64,000 bases of DNA from Methanotrichaceae archaeon (GTDB taxonomy: Archaea > Halobacteriota > Methanosarcinia > Methanotrichales > Methanotrichaceae). Shown in pieces: positions 37,669 through 47,770 of the stretch (within the stretch, counting starts at the first letter, position 1; every line of letters starts with the position of its first letter). The position numbers were made by a program, and so were the translations under genes. The DNA lies in contig CAVWIG010000019.1 in NCBI GenBank assembly GCA_963754945.1, positions 1 to 64,000 on the forward strand. The letters run 5' to 3'. The notes beneath the pieces were generated by a model that made no database searches, had not been told where the DNA came from, and saw only the letters and a program-made list of their open reading frames with translations.

Positions 37669-38142
37669 AGCTGAACTTTTTTCATCCAAGCTCGATGAAT
37701 ATTCAAATATTAATGCCAAAATGTTTGCAAATAGTCGTTCAAAATTGGTTCTCGAATGACATTATTAATCAACTTGGCAAAATGAAGTCTAGGTGTCAAA
37801 GGCTAGCAATTCTCTAAAAAGTCCGGACCTAGACAGCACTAACCCAATTAACAAACTCCGGCCCCTGGCTTAACTATTTAGCTGCTCGTTTAACAGCCCG
37901 ATATAACTTTTGCTCAGTCCCTCCCATGAGCAAATCCTGTGGAGACAATTTGGCATTATATAACCATACTATGCAAGGAGATCGTTAAGATGGAATCATC
38001 TCCAGCAGGTCATACTGTAGACTGATTTGTTACCTCATCAAGAATTGCTACCGGAGAGCGAATCAAAGATTTGGAGAAAAGCTGATAGAGACCGGAATAG
38101 AACCAAAAAGTCTTAAGTACAAACCGAGACTCATAAAGGTTA

Positions 38143-38985
38143 ATGGCTGTCTTGGATACGCTCCTGAACAACATCTGGGTAATTCTCTTCATCTTGCTCT
38201 TCTTTGTGCCAATGGCCCAGAAGAACCTTCTTCAGATGGAAAGAAAACGACTTTTAGCAAGGCTTGGCAAAAAGAGAGGTTCCCAGGTCATAACACTCAT
38301 TCACCGCCAGGAGACCATAAGTTTCCTCGGGCTGCCCATTTCAAGATACATAGACATCGACGACAGCGAACAAGTTCTTCGTGCAATAAGGACTGCCCCA
38401 AAAGAGGTTCCTCTTGACATAATTCTGCACACACCGGGCGGGTTGGCACTAGCGGCAACTCAGATTGCCATGGCCTTGAAGGCTCACCCTTCCAGGAAGG
38501 CGGTTATAGTTCCTCATTTTGCTATGAGCGGGGGAACTCTCATTGCTCTAGCGGCTGATGAGATAATCATGGATCCCCACGCAGCCCTAGGCCCCGTGGA
38601 TCCTCAACTTGGCGACCAGACCACCGTTTATCCAGCTACATCCCTGTTGAAGGCTGTGAAGAAGAAGTGCATCGACGAGATTGACGACAAGACCCTGGTC
38701 TTCGCCGAGGAGGCCGAAAAAGCCGTGAAACAGATGAATGATCTGGTCAGAAAAATCATGGTTGACAGGTGTGGCGGAGACAAAATAGAAAAGATAATAG
38801 AGGACTTTGTATCCGGCAAGTTCACCCACGACCGTCCATTCATGGCAGAGGACGTCAAGGAGCTTCTCGGAGGCTGCGTCAGCACGGACGTCCCCGAGGA
38901 GGTCTACGAGCTGATGAAGCTCTACAGAATGGAGATCGGGGGAAGGAGGCCGGGGGTAGAAAACGTTCCTCTGTCCCGAAGATAA
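38143..38985 (+). CDS. Membrane-anchored Clp-fold serine protease (SDH family)
   Basis: TLIHRQE, LHTPGG, AMSGGTLIALAAD, LGPVDPQ and THD motifs. Confidence 0.88.
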   Translation: MAVLDTLLNNIWVILFILLFFVPMAQKNLLQMERKRLLARLGKKRGSQVITLIHRQETISFLGLPISRYIDIDDSEQVLRAIRTAPKEVPLDIILHTPGGLALAATQIAMALKAHPSRKAVIVPHFAMSGGTLIALAADEIIMDPHAALGPVDPQLGDQTTVYPATSLLKAVKKKCIDEIDDKTLVFAEEAEKAVKQMNDLVRKIMVDRCGGDKIEKIIEDFVSGKFTHDRPFMAEDVKELLGGCVSTDVPEEVYELMKLYRMEIGGRRPGVENVPLSRR

Positions 38986-39071
38986 CCAACCTGTCATCTG
39001 TTTACAGGACTCGACATATTCGAGCAGGATCTGCAAACAGGAGATTGTGGGCGATAAGGTAAACCAAAGCG

Positions 39072-40931
39072 TCAAGACGATCGATGGTTCTTCTTTTGTA
39101 ATTTTCCCCGGCCGGGTGATGCCATTTCTTGAAGGGCAGCGCTCCCTGGAACAAGGCACTTCGCGCAGTCTCCTATTAGATCTTCCCTGCCCGCAAGCTT
39201 CAGCCCTTCCTTGACCAGACCGTAGTTCTTAGGGTCCCTGTACTGAAGTATTGCGCGTTGTATTCGCTTTTCCCTGCCCTTTGGCACATGAACCGGGTTC
39301 AGGGTAAACGGGTCTAGTCCGGTGTAATACATGGCTGTGGAGATGGTCATGGGCGTGGGAGTAAAGTCCTGGACCTGCTCTGTGTACATCCTATGGTCCC
39401 GGATGTACTCTGCCAGGTCTACCATGTCCTCTACAGTGCATCCTGGATGGCCTGACATGAGGTAGGGCACGAGGTACTGCTCCTTTTGATGAGCCTTGTT
39501 GACTGCATTGAAACTCTCTCTGAAGGCTTCAAGTAACTCAACAGGCGGCTTATGCATGCAGTCCGTGACTTTTCGAACGATGTGCTCGGGTGCAATCTTC
39601 AGGTGGCCGGAGACATGATGCTGACAGAGCTCTTCAAGGTAGTCGGACCCATCGGCCAGAACCAGATCGTGCCTTATCCCTGAGCCCACATAGACCTTTC
39701 TCACTCCTGGAATGGCTTTCAGCCGGCGCAAAAGCTCCACCTGATGGCTGTGGTCAGTGTCCAGGTTGGGACAGTCAGCAGTGCATAGCTTATCTCTGCA
39801 GGCACCCTTCTTCCAAGCAGCGCAATTCATACCGTACATATTGGCCGTCGGCCCACCGACATCCTGGATTATTCCTTTGAAGCTCGGCATTCGTATGAGC
39901 GACGTTACCTCCCTTATTATTGACTCTACGCTGCGGCTCTGTACAATCCTTCCCTGGTGGTGGGTCAGGGCGCAAAATGAGCATGAACCGAAACAGCCTC
40001 GGTGACTTGTGATGGAGAACCTGACAGGCTCCAGAGCAGGAACCGGTTCTTTGTATGACGGATGAGTAACTCTGGCGTACGGCAGCTCGTAAATGTGGTC
40101 CAGTTCCTGAGATGTCAATGGTCTAGACGGCCTGTTCTGTATGATCACCGTCTTAGGGTGGGGCTGGGCGATCGTGCGACCGTGAAACGGGTCCTGCTCT
40201 TGATAATGTAATCTGAATGCCTCTGCATAGCTTCGCTTGTCTGAGGAGACCTCGGCAAATCCTGGGATGACAAGATAATCTTCACGCCTCATGGATCTCC
40301 ACTGGCGTAAATCCATCTTAACAACGGTCCCGGGAAGGTCTTTGACCTCTTGGATTCCCTCGCCCTCATCCAGCCGTGCCGTCAGGTCAAGTAGGGGCCG
40401 CTCGCCCATGCCGAAGACTACCATGTCTGCAGGTGCATCGGCCAGAATGGATTGTCTCACCGAGTCGGACCAATAATCGTAATGGGCGAACCTGCGAAGG
40501 CTGGCTTCCAGGCCGCCGAGGACGATTGGCACGTCGGGAAAAAGAGCATGGACCCTGTCCACATAAACGATTGCGGCTCTGTCCGGCCTGCGAGGCACAC
40601 CGCCAGGTGAATAGACGTCGTCGCTCCGGCGCTTCAGGTTGGGCGTGAAGGTATTGACCATCGAGTCGACGTTGCCGGAGGAGATGCCAAAGAATAGTCG
40701 GGGTACGCCCAGCTTCTTGAAATCCTCATCCTTCTTCCAGTCGGGTTGCGCTATGATGCCTACCGAATATCCAGCATCCCACAGAACACGGCCAATAATG
40801 GTCGTGCCGAAGGAAGGATGATCCACATAGGCATCTCCGCTAACCAGGATGATATCGAACTGACCGATGTCGAGATCTTCTGCCTCCTGTTTGGACATGG
40901 GCAGGAAGCGGGGTTGGTTTCTCACGGGCAC
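39072..40931 (-). CDS. YgiQ-family (UPF0313) radical SAM protein
   Basis: GDAYVDHPSFG, RGCFGSCSFC and QVQDFTPTP motifs. Confidence 0.93.
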   Translation of the reverse strand: MPVRNQPRFLPMSKQEAEDLDIGQFDIILVSGDAYVDHPSFGTTIIGRVLWDAGYSVGIIAQPDWKKDEDFKKLGVPRLFFGISSGNVDSMVNTFTPNLKRRSDDVYSPGGVPRRPDRAAIVYVDRVHALFPDVPIVLGGLEASLRRFAHYDYWSDSVRQSILADAPADMVVFGMGERPLLDLTARLDEGEGIQEVKDLPGTVVKMDLRQWRSMRREDYLVIPGFAEVSSDKRSYAEAFRLHYQEQDPFHGRTIAQPHPKTVIIQNRPSRPLTSQELDHIYELPYARVTHPSYKEPVPALEPVRFSITSHRGCFGSCSFCALTHHQGRIVQSRSVESIIREVTSLIRMPSFKGIIQDVGGPTANMYGMNCAAWKKGACRDKLCTADCPNLDTDHSHQVELLRRLKAIPGVRKVYVGSGIRHDLVLADGSDYLEELCQHHVSGHLKIAPEHIVRKVTDCMHKPPVELLEAFRESFNAVNKAHQKEQYLVPYLMSGHPGCTVEDMVDLAEYIRDHRMYTEQVQDFTPTPMTISTAMYYTGLDPFTLNPVHVPKGREKRIQRAILQYRDPKNYGLVKEGLKLAGREDLIGDCAKCLVPGSAALQEMASPGRGKLQKKNHRSS

Positions 40932-40972
40932 TAGATCCTCTCAGTCGCTATGAATGCAAAGATTACACATAT

Positions 40973-42257
40973 GAGAGTTTCGAAAAACTAATCAATCGAA
41001 ATACTTATATACTATTAATACTATAATATAATGCATGAGGACTCTCATTGATTTTGCCATTCGAGCAGAATATGCTCGAGTAAAAGCCCTCGGAGATGAT
41101 CTATCCGAGATCGGATCGTTGATCAATTGGGAGCGTTTCAGATTTTTGGAACCATTGATATACAAAAATAAAACTAGCCGCGGAGGTCGTCCGAACATTG
41201 ACATCGTGATTATGGTGAAAGCTCTCGTAATTCAGCATTGGTTTGGTCTAACAGATCCAGAACTGGAGCGACAGGTTGCGGATAGGATCTCTTTTCGTAT
41301 TTTCCTTGGCACCACTGAAGTAATTCCTGATTTCAGCACAGTTTGGCTATTCCGTGAACGTTTGATTAAGTGCGACGTATACGATGATCTTTGGAATGAG
41401 CTTCAAAGGCAGCTCGATGAGATGGGGTTTACTGTAAAGAATGGCACTATCCAGGATGCAACCTTCATAACTTCGGACCCAGGTCGGAAGAGGAACAAGA
41501 AAGACGAGCAAGGCGGGGACAAAAAGGAAGGTCAAGATTCCGAAGCCACCAGTACGAGCCTGAATCAGGAGTTTGATAAAGAGCTAATTGGTATTTCAAA
41601 TAATATTATTGATGACAAGGCCAAACCACAGAGACTCGAAGAAGAGCCAATAAATGAGGGAAGTTGGGCAAAAAAGGGTGTCAAATCCTTTTTCGGATAT
41701 AAAGGTCATATCTCAATCGATACCAATTACCACCTTATCAGATATTTTGAGACTACAACTGCTTCTGTACACGATAGTCAGGTAGATCTTGGAATTGAAG
41801 GGCTACCACGTTACGCCGATAAGGGATATGATGGTGCAAAAACTCGAGGATATGATGCAGCCATGAAAAAAGCTACAAGAGGTCACAAGCTTGGAATCAT
41901 AGATCTTCTGAGGAATAAGAGAATCAGTAAAACGCGATCGCACATCGAAAGATGCTTCGCTGTTATGAAGCGGGGGCATAAGGGAGCACATGTTTATGTA
42001 ACAACTGTCGCAAGAGCTGGAGTAAAATTCATGATGAATTCGGTCGTTTACAACCTGGAACAGTTGAAATATTTAGTGCATAAACAAACAGCCTAGCGGA
42101 AGCTCTCTAAAAAAGCGCAAAAATTAGAAACAACAAGGTAAATTGAAATCTAATAAGCCAATTTAGGGGTGAAATATGCTAAAAAACCACTATAAAGATT
42201 GAAAATATTAACGCAAGAATTTAAGGCTTCATTAACCAACACTAAATCGAAACCCTC
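40973..42257 (+). mobile_element. IS5-family (IS5 group) element, 1285 bp
   Basis: IR GAGAGTTTCGA / TCGAAACCCTC; 4-bp TSD ATAT. Confidence 0.9.
41035..42096 (+). CDS. IS5-family transposase
   Basis: GGRP, QDATFI, FGYKGH and ADKGY motifs. Confidence 0.92.
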   Translation: MRTLIDFAIRAEYARVKALGDDLSEIGSLINWERFRFLEPLIYKNKTSRGGRPNIDIVIMVKALVIQHWFGLTDPELERQVADRISFRIFLGTTEVIPDFSTVWLFRERLIKCDVYDDLWNELQRQLDEMGFTVKNGTIQDATFITSDPGRKRNKKDEQGGDKKEGQDSEATSTSLNQEFDKELIGISNNIIDDKAKPQRLEEEPINEGSWAKKGVKSFFGYKGHISIDTNYHLIRYFETTTASVHDSQVDLGIEGLPRYADKGYDGAKTRGYDAAMKKATRGHKLGIIDLLRNKRISKTRSHIERCFAVMKRGHKGAHVYVTTVARAGVKFMMNSVVYNLEQLKYLVHKQTA

Positions 42258-42466
42258 ATATATATGCAGTTAATGCAGGAGATTGGGCTCCATCAATTTT
42301 TGGGAGGTATCCAATGCTGACTAATCAGCGCAAACTAAATATCTCCGTCGCCTGGATGTCAGGGAAGCGAAGGTATGTCATTTCCTTTTTGTCCAACCTG
42401 GCGTCCCAAAACCAAGCTCTTCTGGGTGGCTTCAGAATAAGGCCAATTATAAAGAGTAAGGATCAA

Positions 42467-42555
42467 GAGGACTCCTAAAAACCCGCTAAATAACGCTTTG
42501 ATTTATATACTGCTTATAAAGCCGTGCCAAAAATCAGAGGTTATTAGGAATCCTC
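42467..42555. mobile_element. 89-bp MITE, family B
   Basis: 17-bp IR GAGGACTCCTAAAAACC / GGTTATTAGGAATCCTC; 4-bp TSD TCAA; ends resemble the IS at 30932. Confidence 0.88.
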
Positions 42556-42798
42556 TCAAGTTATATAAATTAATACAGACGGCAATGAGTCTTGAGCCGA
42601 ACGGTATCGTAGACAGAGATTCGATTCGTTATAGTTAACAATATTAGCCATGAATCAATCAGCGCCATATTATTGTCTCACAAATAAAGTTCGGGGCAAA
42701 ATTTATCCCTTGCCAATTAGCCGCCCAGATATTTTTTGCTATATCCATCGATCGGCCATAATGCACTACACGCGTTGGGTTGTGAATAATCGTTCCAA

Positions 42799-43500
42799 TC
42801 AATCGTAGCCCGGGAAATACTCCCATTTGATCTGCTGCTCAGGAACTGACAAATTATTTAGCAAACTCACCATGGCTTCTACCATCTTCCGAGGGCCGCT
42901 GGTGAAAAAGACGCGCTCCATGTAGTCGGGGACAAATTTCACCACCATCTCCTCGCCGATCCGACCGGTTGCGCCCTTCCAGATTTGATTAGGCCCGGTC
43001 AGGGTGTACATAACATCCAGGTTTGGGTTCTGCTTACGCATCGCCTCAAGATCATCTCGAAATGCGATGTCGTCCTCGTCGCGGTTTGAGTAGAGCAGCG
43101 CAATCTTGGTATCCAGTCTTTTGTCAGTGGAGTACCTTATCATGCTGCGCAGAGGCGTTATGCCTATCCCTCCAGAGAGCAGCCCGATCTTATTGTGCTC
43201 ACCCTTGAATGTGAAACTGCCGTGAGGTCCTTCGATCATGACTTCATCTCCTGGCTCTAGCGAGGCAAGGGCGTCGGAAAAGGGGTGACCGGTCAGTCTC
43301 TTCGTCATTTCTAAGTGATGCTCTTCAGTCGGACTGCTGGAGATGGTGAAGTGCTTGGTCATTTGTGCTTCCTCTTTTCCAAGAGTTATGAACATGAACT
43401 GACCTGGAAGGTAATCGAACCCCTCTGGCCTTGCGAACCGTATGGACCTGACATCCTTGGTTCTTTGGACAATCTCATTTACTTCAGCATGGAATTTCAT
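42799..43500 (-). CDS. FAD/NAD(P)-binding ferredoxin reductase (FNR-like)
   Basis: PGQF, FTISSSP, GPHG, GGIGITP and SGP motifs. Confidence 0.9.
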   Translation of the reverse strand: MKFHAEVNEIVQRTKDVRSIRFARPEGFDYLPGQFMFITLGKEEAQMTKHFTISSSPTEEHHLEMTKRLTGHPFSDALASLEPGDEVMIEGPHGSFTFKGEHNKIGLLSGGIGITPLRSMIRYSTDKRLDTKIALLYSNRDEDDIAFRDDLEAMRKQNPNLDVMYTLTGPNQIWKGATGRIGEEMVVKFVPDYMERVFFTSGPRKMVEAMVSLLNNLSVPEQQIKWEYFPGYD

Positions 43501-43652
43501 CTAGCTCGCCCTTTCACGCGTAGAACCGTTTTCCCGACATAAGAACGTCCTGGCTTAGAGTATTAATTTTTTTCTCGACCTACATCGCAAATTCGACATC
43601 AGATTTATACTGTAGTGCGTCAATAAATCATTAGTGTTTAGGGGTTGAGGTA

Positions 43653-45593
43653 ATACCAAGAAAGACGGTTGTGGGAAACGGCCGTATAGCTGTTGCCTTT
43701 GACGGTAAGATGAGCATCAGAGACTTCTTCTACCCCAGGGTTGGGCTGGAGAACCACGTATCCGGGCATGAGCTGAAGGCTGGGGTATGGGTAGACGGCG
43801 ATTTTCGCTGGTTGGGAGAGGGCTGGAAGATAGAGACTAAGTACATGCCCGAAACTCTGGTGAGCAGGAGCCGGGCCAGTCATCCCGTCCTCGACATCCA
43901 GATTGAGACCAACGATGCAGTGAATTCTCAGGACGTTTTCCTGAGGAAGCTCATGGTCAGAAATATGGCCAAAACCCCCAGGAAATTCAGGATCTTCTTC
44001 ACTCACGACTTTCACATCTACGGTGACCCCGTGGGGGACACTGTGATGTACGAGCCAGCCCTAAACGCTGTCATCCACTACAAGCGGCAGCGTTACTTTC
44101 TGATCAACGGGGTCACGAGCAAGGGAGCCGGGATTTACCAGTTTGCGACAGGTTACAAGGAGCTTCCGGGCAGGGAAGGAACCTGGAAGGACGCCGAAGA
44201 CGGCGTTCTCAGCGGCAATCCCATTGCCCAGGGGTCGGTAGACTCGGCCGTCTCCTTCGAGCTGGACTTGCTTGCTCAATCCAGAGGGACTCTTTATTAC
44301 TGGATAGCCTGCGGCAGAAATCTGAAGCAGGTAGTGAAATTGGACGCCATGGTAAAGAAGACCGGAGTGGAGCAGCTCCTCCTTGAGTCGGAGAACTACT
44401 GGTCGGCCTGGGTGAACAAGAAGGAGATCAACCTCAGCATCTTGCCAAAGGAGATTATCAGGGCTTACAAGAACTCGCTCCTCATCATGCGCAGCCATGC
44501 TGACAGCCGAGGAGGGATAATAGCCTCATGCGATTCGGATATCATGCAATTTAACAGAGACACGTACTCCTACATCTGGACCAGGGACGGAGCAATAGCT
44601 GCGATGGCCTTTGACATGGCAGGATTCAGAGATACAAGCATGCGCTTCTTCCGTTTCTGCAACCTCGCCATAGCCGATGAAGGCTTCTTCCATCACAAGT
44701 ACTCGCCAGACGGTTCTGTCGGCAGCAGCTGGCTTCCTCTGGCAGGATCAAAGGGGATGCTTCCAATTGAGGAGGATGAAACCGCTCTCGTTCTCTATGC
44801 TCTTTGGAGACACTTCCAGAAGTACAGGGACATCGAGTTTATAGAGAGCGTCCCAAATTTGGTCCTGAAGACCACAGAGTTCCTCTTGGACTATCTCGAT
44901 CCGGATACCGGGCTTCCCAAGCCTTGCTTTGATCTCTGGGAGGAAAGGTCGGGAGTGTTTACCTGGACTGCTTCTACCGTGTATGCAGCACTCAACGCGG
45001 CAGCTAAATTTTGGAAGGTCATATACAACAGAGAACGTTACGAGGCCCTGAACAGAGCGGCGACTGGCCTAAGGGAGGCCATGCTCAAACGCCTTTACGA
45101 TCCCGAGAGTCAGAGGTTCATTAAGGCAGTTTACCCGGACGGCTCGCGGGACTTGACAATTGACAGCTCGGCATCAGCCGTCTTCCTGTATGGAGGCTTC
45201 GATGCCTCTGACAAGGTGGTAGAAGGAACCATGAACTCCATTCGAGACAAGCTGTGGATTAGGACAAGGGTGGGAGGTTTGGCCAGGTACGAGAACGACG
45301 ATTACCAGAGGGCTTCCAGAGAGGTGACAGGCAACCCCTGGTTCATCTGCACTCTATGGTTGGCGAGGTGGCACATCGCACAGGCTAGATCGTCAGACCA
45401 ACTTGTTGAGGGGTTGGAGCTCATCTCCTGGGCCGCGAAGCACGCCTTGCCCTCGGGGGTTATGGCCGAGCAGGTTCACCCATTCACGGGCGAGCCAGTT
45501 TCTGTTTCGCCTCTGGTCTGGAGCCATGCCGAGTTCGTAATCGCCGTCTGCGAGTACCTGGAAAAGTACCGGGAACTTTCATCAATGGCCTGA
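43653..45593 (+). CDS. Glycoside hydrolase family 15 (glucoamylase/trehalase-like); start is ATA 43653 or GTG 43671
   Basis: YSYIWTRDG, DLWEER, RYENDDY, AEQ and PLVWSHA motifs. Confidence 0.9.
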   Translation: MPRKTVVGNGRIAVAFDGKMSIRDFFYPRVGLENHVSGHELKAGVWVDGDFRWLGEGWKIETKYMPETLVSRSRASHPVLDIQIETNDAVNSQDVFLRKLMVRNMAKTPRKFRIFFTHDFHIYGDPVGDTVMYEPALNAVIHYKRQRYFLINGVTSKGAGIYQFATGYKELPGREGTWKDAEDGVLSGNPIAQGSVDSAVSFELDLLAQSRGTLYYWIACGRNLKQVVKLDAMVKKTGVEQLLLESENYWSAWVNKKEINLSILPKEIIRAYKNSLLIMRSHADSRGGIIASCDSDIMQFNRDTYSYIWTRDGAIAAMAFDMAGFRDTSMRFFRFCNLAIADEGFFHHKYSPDGSVGSSWLPLAGSKGMLPIEEDETALVLYALWRHFQKYRDIEFIESVPNLVLKTTEFLLDYLDPDTGLPKPCFDLWEERSGVFTWTASTVYAALNAAAKFWKVIYNRERYEALNRAATGLREAMLKRLYDPESQRFIKAVYPDGSRDLTIDSSASAVFLYGGFDASDKVVEGTMNSIRDKLWIRTRVGGLARYENDDYQRASREVTGNPWFICTLWLARWHIAQARSSDQLVEGLELISWAAKHALPSGVMAEQVHPFTGEPVSVSPLVWSHAEFVIAVCEYLEKYRELSSMA

Positions 45594-45618
45594 GACTGTG
45601 AGCTGAAAGGAGGTTGAT

Positions 45619-45927
45619 GTGACAATACAAAAGATCTGCAAAAAGGATGACGTTCCGGCCGGGTCCATGAAACAGTTCGATCTTAAGGAGATTGAGCTTT
45701 TAGTAGTCAATACTGGAGATCAGTTCTACTGCCTAGAGGCCCGATGCACCCACGCAGGAGCACCCCTAGCCGAGGGCAATCTTGACGGAGATATTCTGAC
45801 CTGCCCCTGGCATTACTCCCGGTTTAAGGTCTCTGATGGTTCGGTTGTTAGAGGTCCTGCTAATAGCCCTCTGAACACCTATGACATTACCGTAAGAGAT
45901 GGCCAGCTTTTCATAGAGCTTAAATGA
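45619..45927 (+). CDS. Rieske [2Fe-2S] ferredoxin
   Basis: CTH...CPWH motifs; RBS AGGAGG. Confidence 0.92.
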   Translation: MTIQKICKKDDVPAGSMKQFDLKEIELLVVNTGDQFYCLEARCTHAGAPLAEGNLDGDILTCPWHYSRFKVSDGSVVRGPANSPLNTYDITVRDGQLFIELK

Positions 45928-46088
45928 AAACAAGATTGGAGCTTCTGATTGATTTACCTTGTGATACCTGTTCACATGTAACGCGCTCATGCTCTATCCG
46001 AGTTTCCTCATCCTATGCTTCATGCCGTTGTCAAACAGCTGTTGTCCGACTCAAAATTTAGTTTCAACAGCAAGGTTTTAATTTTTGA

Positions 46089-47276
46089 ATGATTGTACCT
46101 ATCAAGGAAGGGGATAAATTCATGAAGAATAAGGGGCGCATGCTAGGCTTGCTAATCGTTCTCGTCATTCTGGCAGCGGCAATCGCCTGCCAGGCAACCA
46201 CTGTTACTGTCGAGCCAGGGCAGAGGATTCAGGCTGCCATAGATTCTGCCAGCCCCGGCGACGTCATCAGAGTAGAGAAGGGGCTATACAACGAAAACCT
46301 GAACATCTCGAAGAAGGTCACTTTGGTTGGAATAGGGGTGCCAATGTTGGATGCGAGAGCTTCCGGAAGCGCCATAACAATTCAGGTCGAAGGAGTCAAT
46401 GTCACCGGATTCAAGCTAAGAAATTCCAGAAGATCGGGAATTGCGATATTCTCCAAGAACAACTCGATCAAGGGCAACAACATCAGTGGCTGCATTGACG
46501 GCATAAGTGCAGAGAACTCAGCGAATAATTCGATCACAGGCAATGCGATAAACAACAATACTAACGGGATAAGCCTTCTCCGCTCCAGCATGAACCTTAT
46601 AAATGATAACAACATCAGCGGCAACAAAGTTGGGGAGAGAAGTGACTGTGGAATCTACGTCGCCTACTCCGACAATAACACGATCTCGAACAACCGGATC
46701 ACAGACAACGGTGACTGTTCTATCTGTGTGCTGTCCAGCAGCAAAAATATGATTATAGGCAATAATATCAGCTTGAGTCGCTGGTACGGTCTTTCTTTAA
46801 GCGAGTTCAGCAACGACAATCTGATAGCAGAAAACTACCTTGTAAATAACAAATATGGCGGCATCTACCTGGAGGATTCCAGGAATAACACCCTCAAAAG
46901 CAACAAGGCAATGAAGAATGGAAACGGCATCTATCTCTCATGCAACAGCAACAACAACATTGTCCAGGGCAATTTGGTCTCTAACAACGAAAATGGAATA
47001 CACCTAACCTTCCACAGCAGCAACAACACCATTCAAGGGAACAGAGCTATCAACAACGGATTTGGAATTTACGTGACCTTCTCATCGGGGTGGAACTGGA
47101 TATTCAACAACAGTCTCATTGATAACGGTTACAATGCGTTCGACATGGGCATGAAAAACCAATGGGACAACGGATTTGTAGGTAACTATTACAGCGATAT
47201 GGGATCGAAGTACTATATTCCAGGTGGCTCAGGAGAGGATAAGCATCCATTGCCACCACCTGCCCTGGATTCTTAG
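46089..47276 (+). CDS. Secreted NosD/CASH right-handed beta-helix protein (start may be 46122)
   Basis: IQAAID..GD.I; repeated GI.L..S.NN.I.GN; GNYYSD. Confidence 0.88.
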   Translation: MIVPIKEGDKFMKNKGRMLGLLIVLVILAAAIACQATTVTVEPGQRIQAAIDSASPGDVIRVEKGLYNENLNISKKVTLVGIGVPMLDARASGSAITIQVEGVNVTGFKLRNSRRSGIAIFSKNNSIKGNNISGCIDGISAENSANNSITGNAINNNTNGISLLRSSMNLINDNNISGNKVGERSDCGIYVAYSDNNTISNNRITDNGDCSICVLSSSKNMIIGNNISLSRWYGLSLSEFSNDNLIAENYLVNNKYGGIYLEDSRNNTLKSNKAMKNGNGIYLSCNSNNNIVQGNLVSNNENGIHLTFHSSNNTIQGNRAINNGFGIYVTFSSGWNWIFNNSLIDNGYNAFDMGMKNQWDNGFVGNYYSDMGSKYYIPGGSGEDKHPLPPPALDS

Positions 47277-47319
47277 TTGGGTCAAGGTAATGTTGCCCTG
47301 AGTGGTCAGGTGTTGCGGA

Positions 47320-47682
47320 TCAAGGTGAAATGAAGGCCTCGAAGTTCTTGATGTAGGCTGAGCCTATGGTAGTTAATCTGTAAAACCCATCGATCTTTTC
47401 GATCATATCGGCCTTCTCTAACAGGGCCAGATGAAGCTCTGCCAGGTTTTCTTTTAGTCCAAAGGCCGTCTCTATCTCCTGTCTGGTCCTGGCTTCTGAA
47501 CCGATGAACTTCATGATCTCTCGTCTGATTCTTAGCTGCAAGACCTCTCCGGCAAATCGGTGTCCTTCTGAGGTCTCCCACCACTTAACGCTGCTGTTTT
47601 CTGTAAGATCCGATAAAGAAGTATTCGATGCAGAAGCTCCAAACCTCTGGATGCCGTCGGTGTCTCTTTCCATATCCATCAA
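47320..47682 (-). CDS. ArsR-like winged-helix protein
   Basis: RREIMKFI..EI..HLALLEKADMIE..YRLTTIG. Confidence 0.7.
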   Translation of the reverse strand: MMDMERDTDGIQRFGASASNTSLSDLTENSSVKWWETSEGHRFAGEVLQLRIRREIMKFIGSEARTRQEIETAFGLKENLAELHLALLEKADMIEKIDGFYRLTTIGSAYIKNFEAFISP

Positions 47683-47770
47683 TTAATTGAAATCTCTTGT
47701 GCAATTGATCCTACACTCTTGAACAGGTTAGCTCTATGTATGCATGCTTGCAAATTTTTAATTTAATTTT

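Noticed and set aside
37787-37834. 8-bp inverted repeat GTCTAGGT...ACCTAGAC
   Set aside because: Single copy with no matching IS end or clear TSD in the window.
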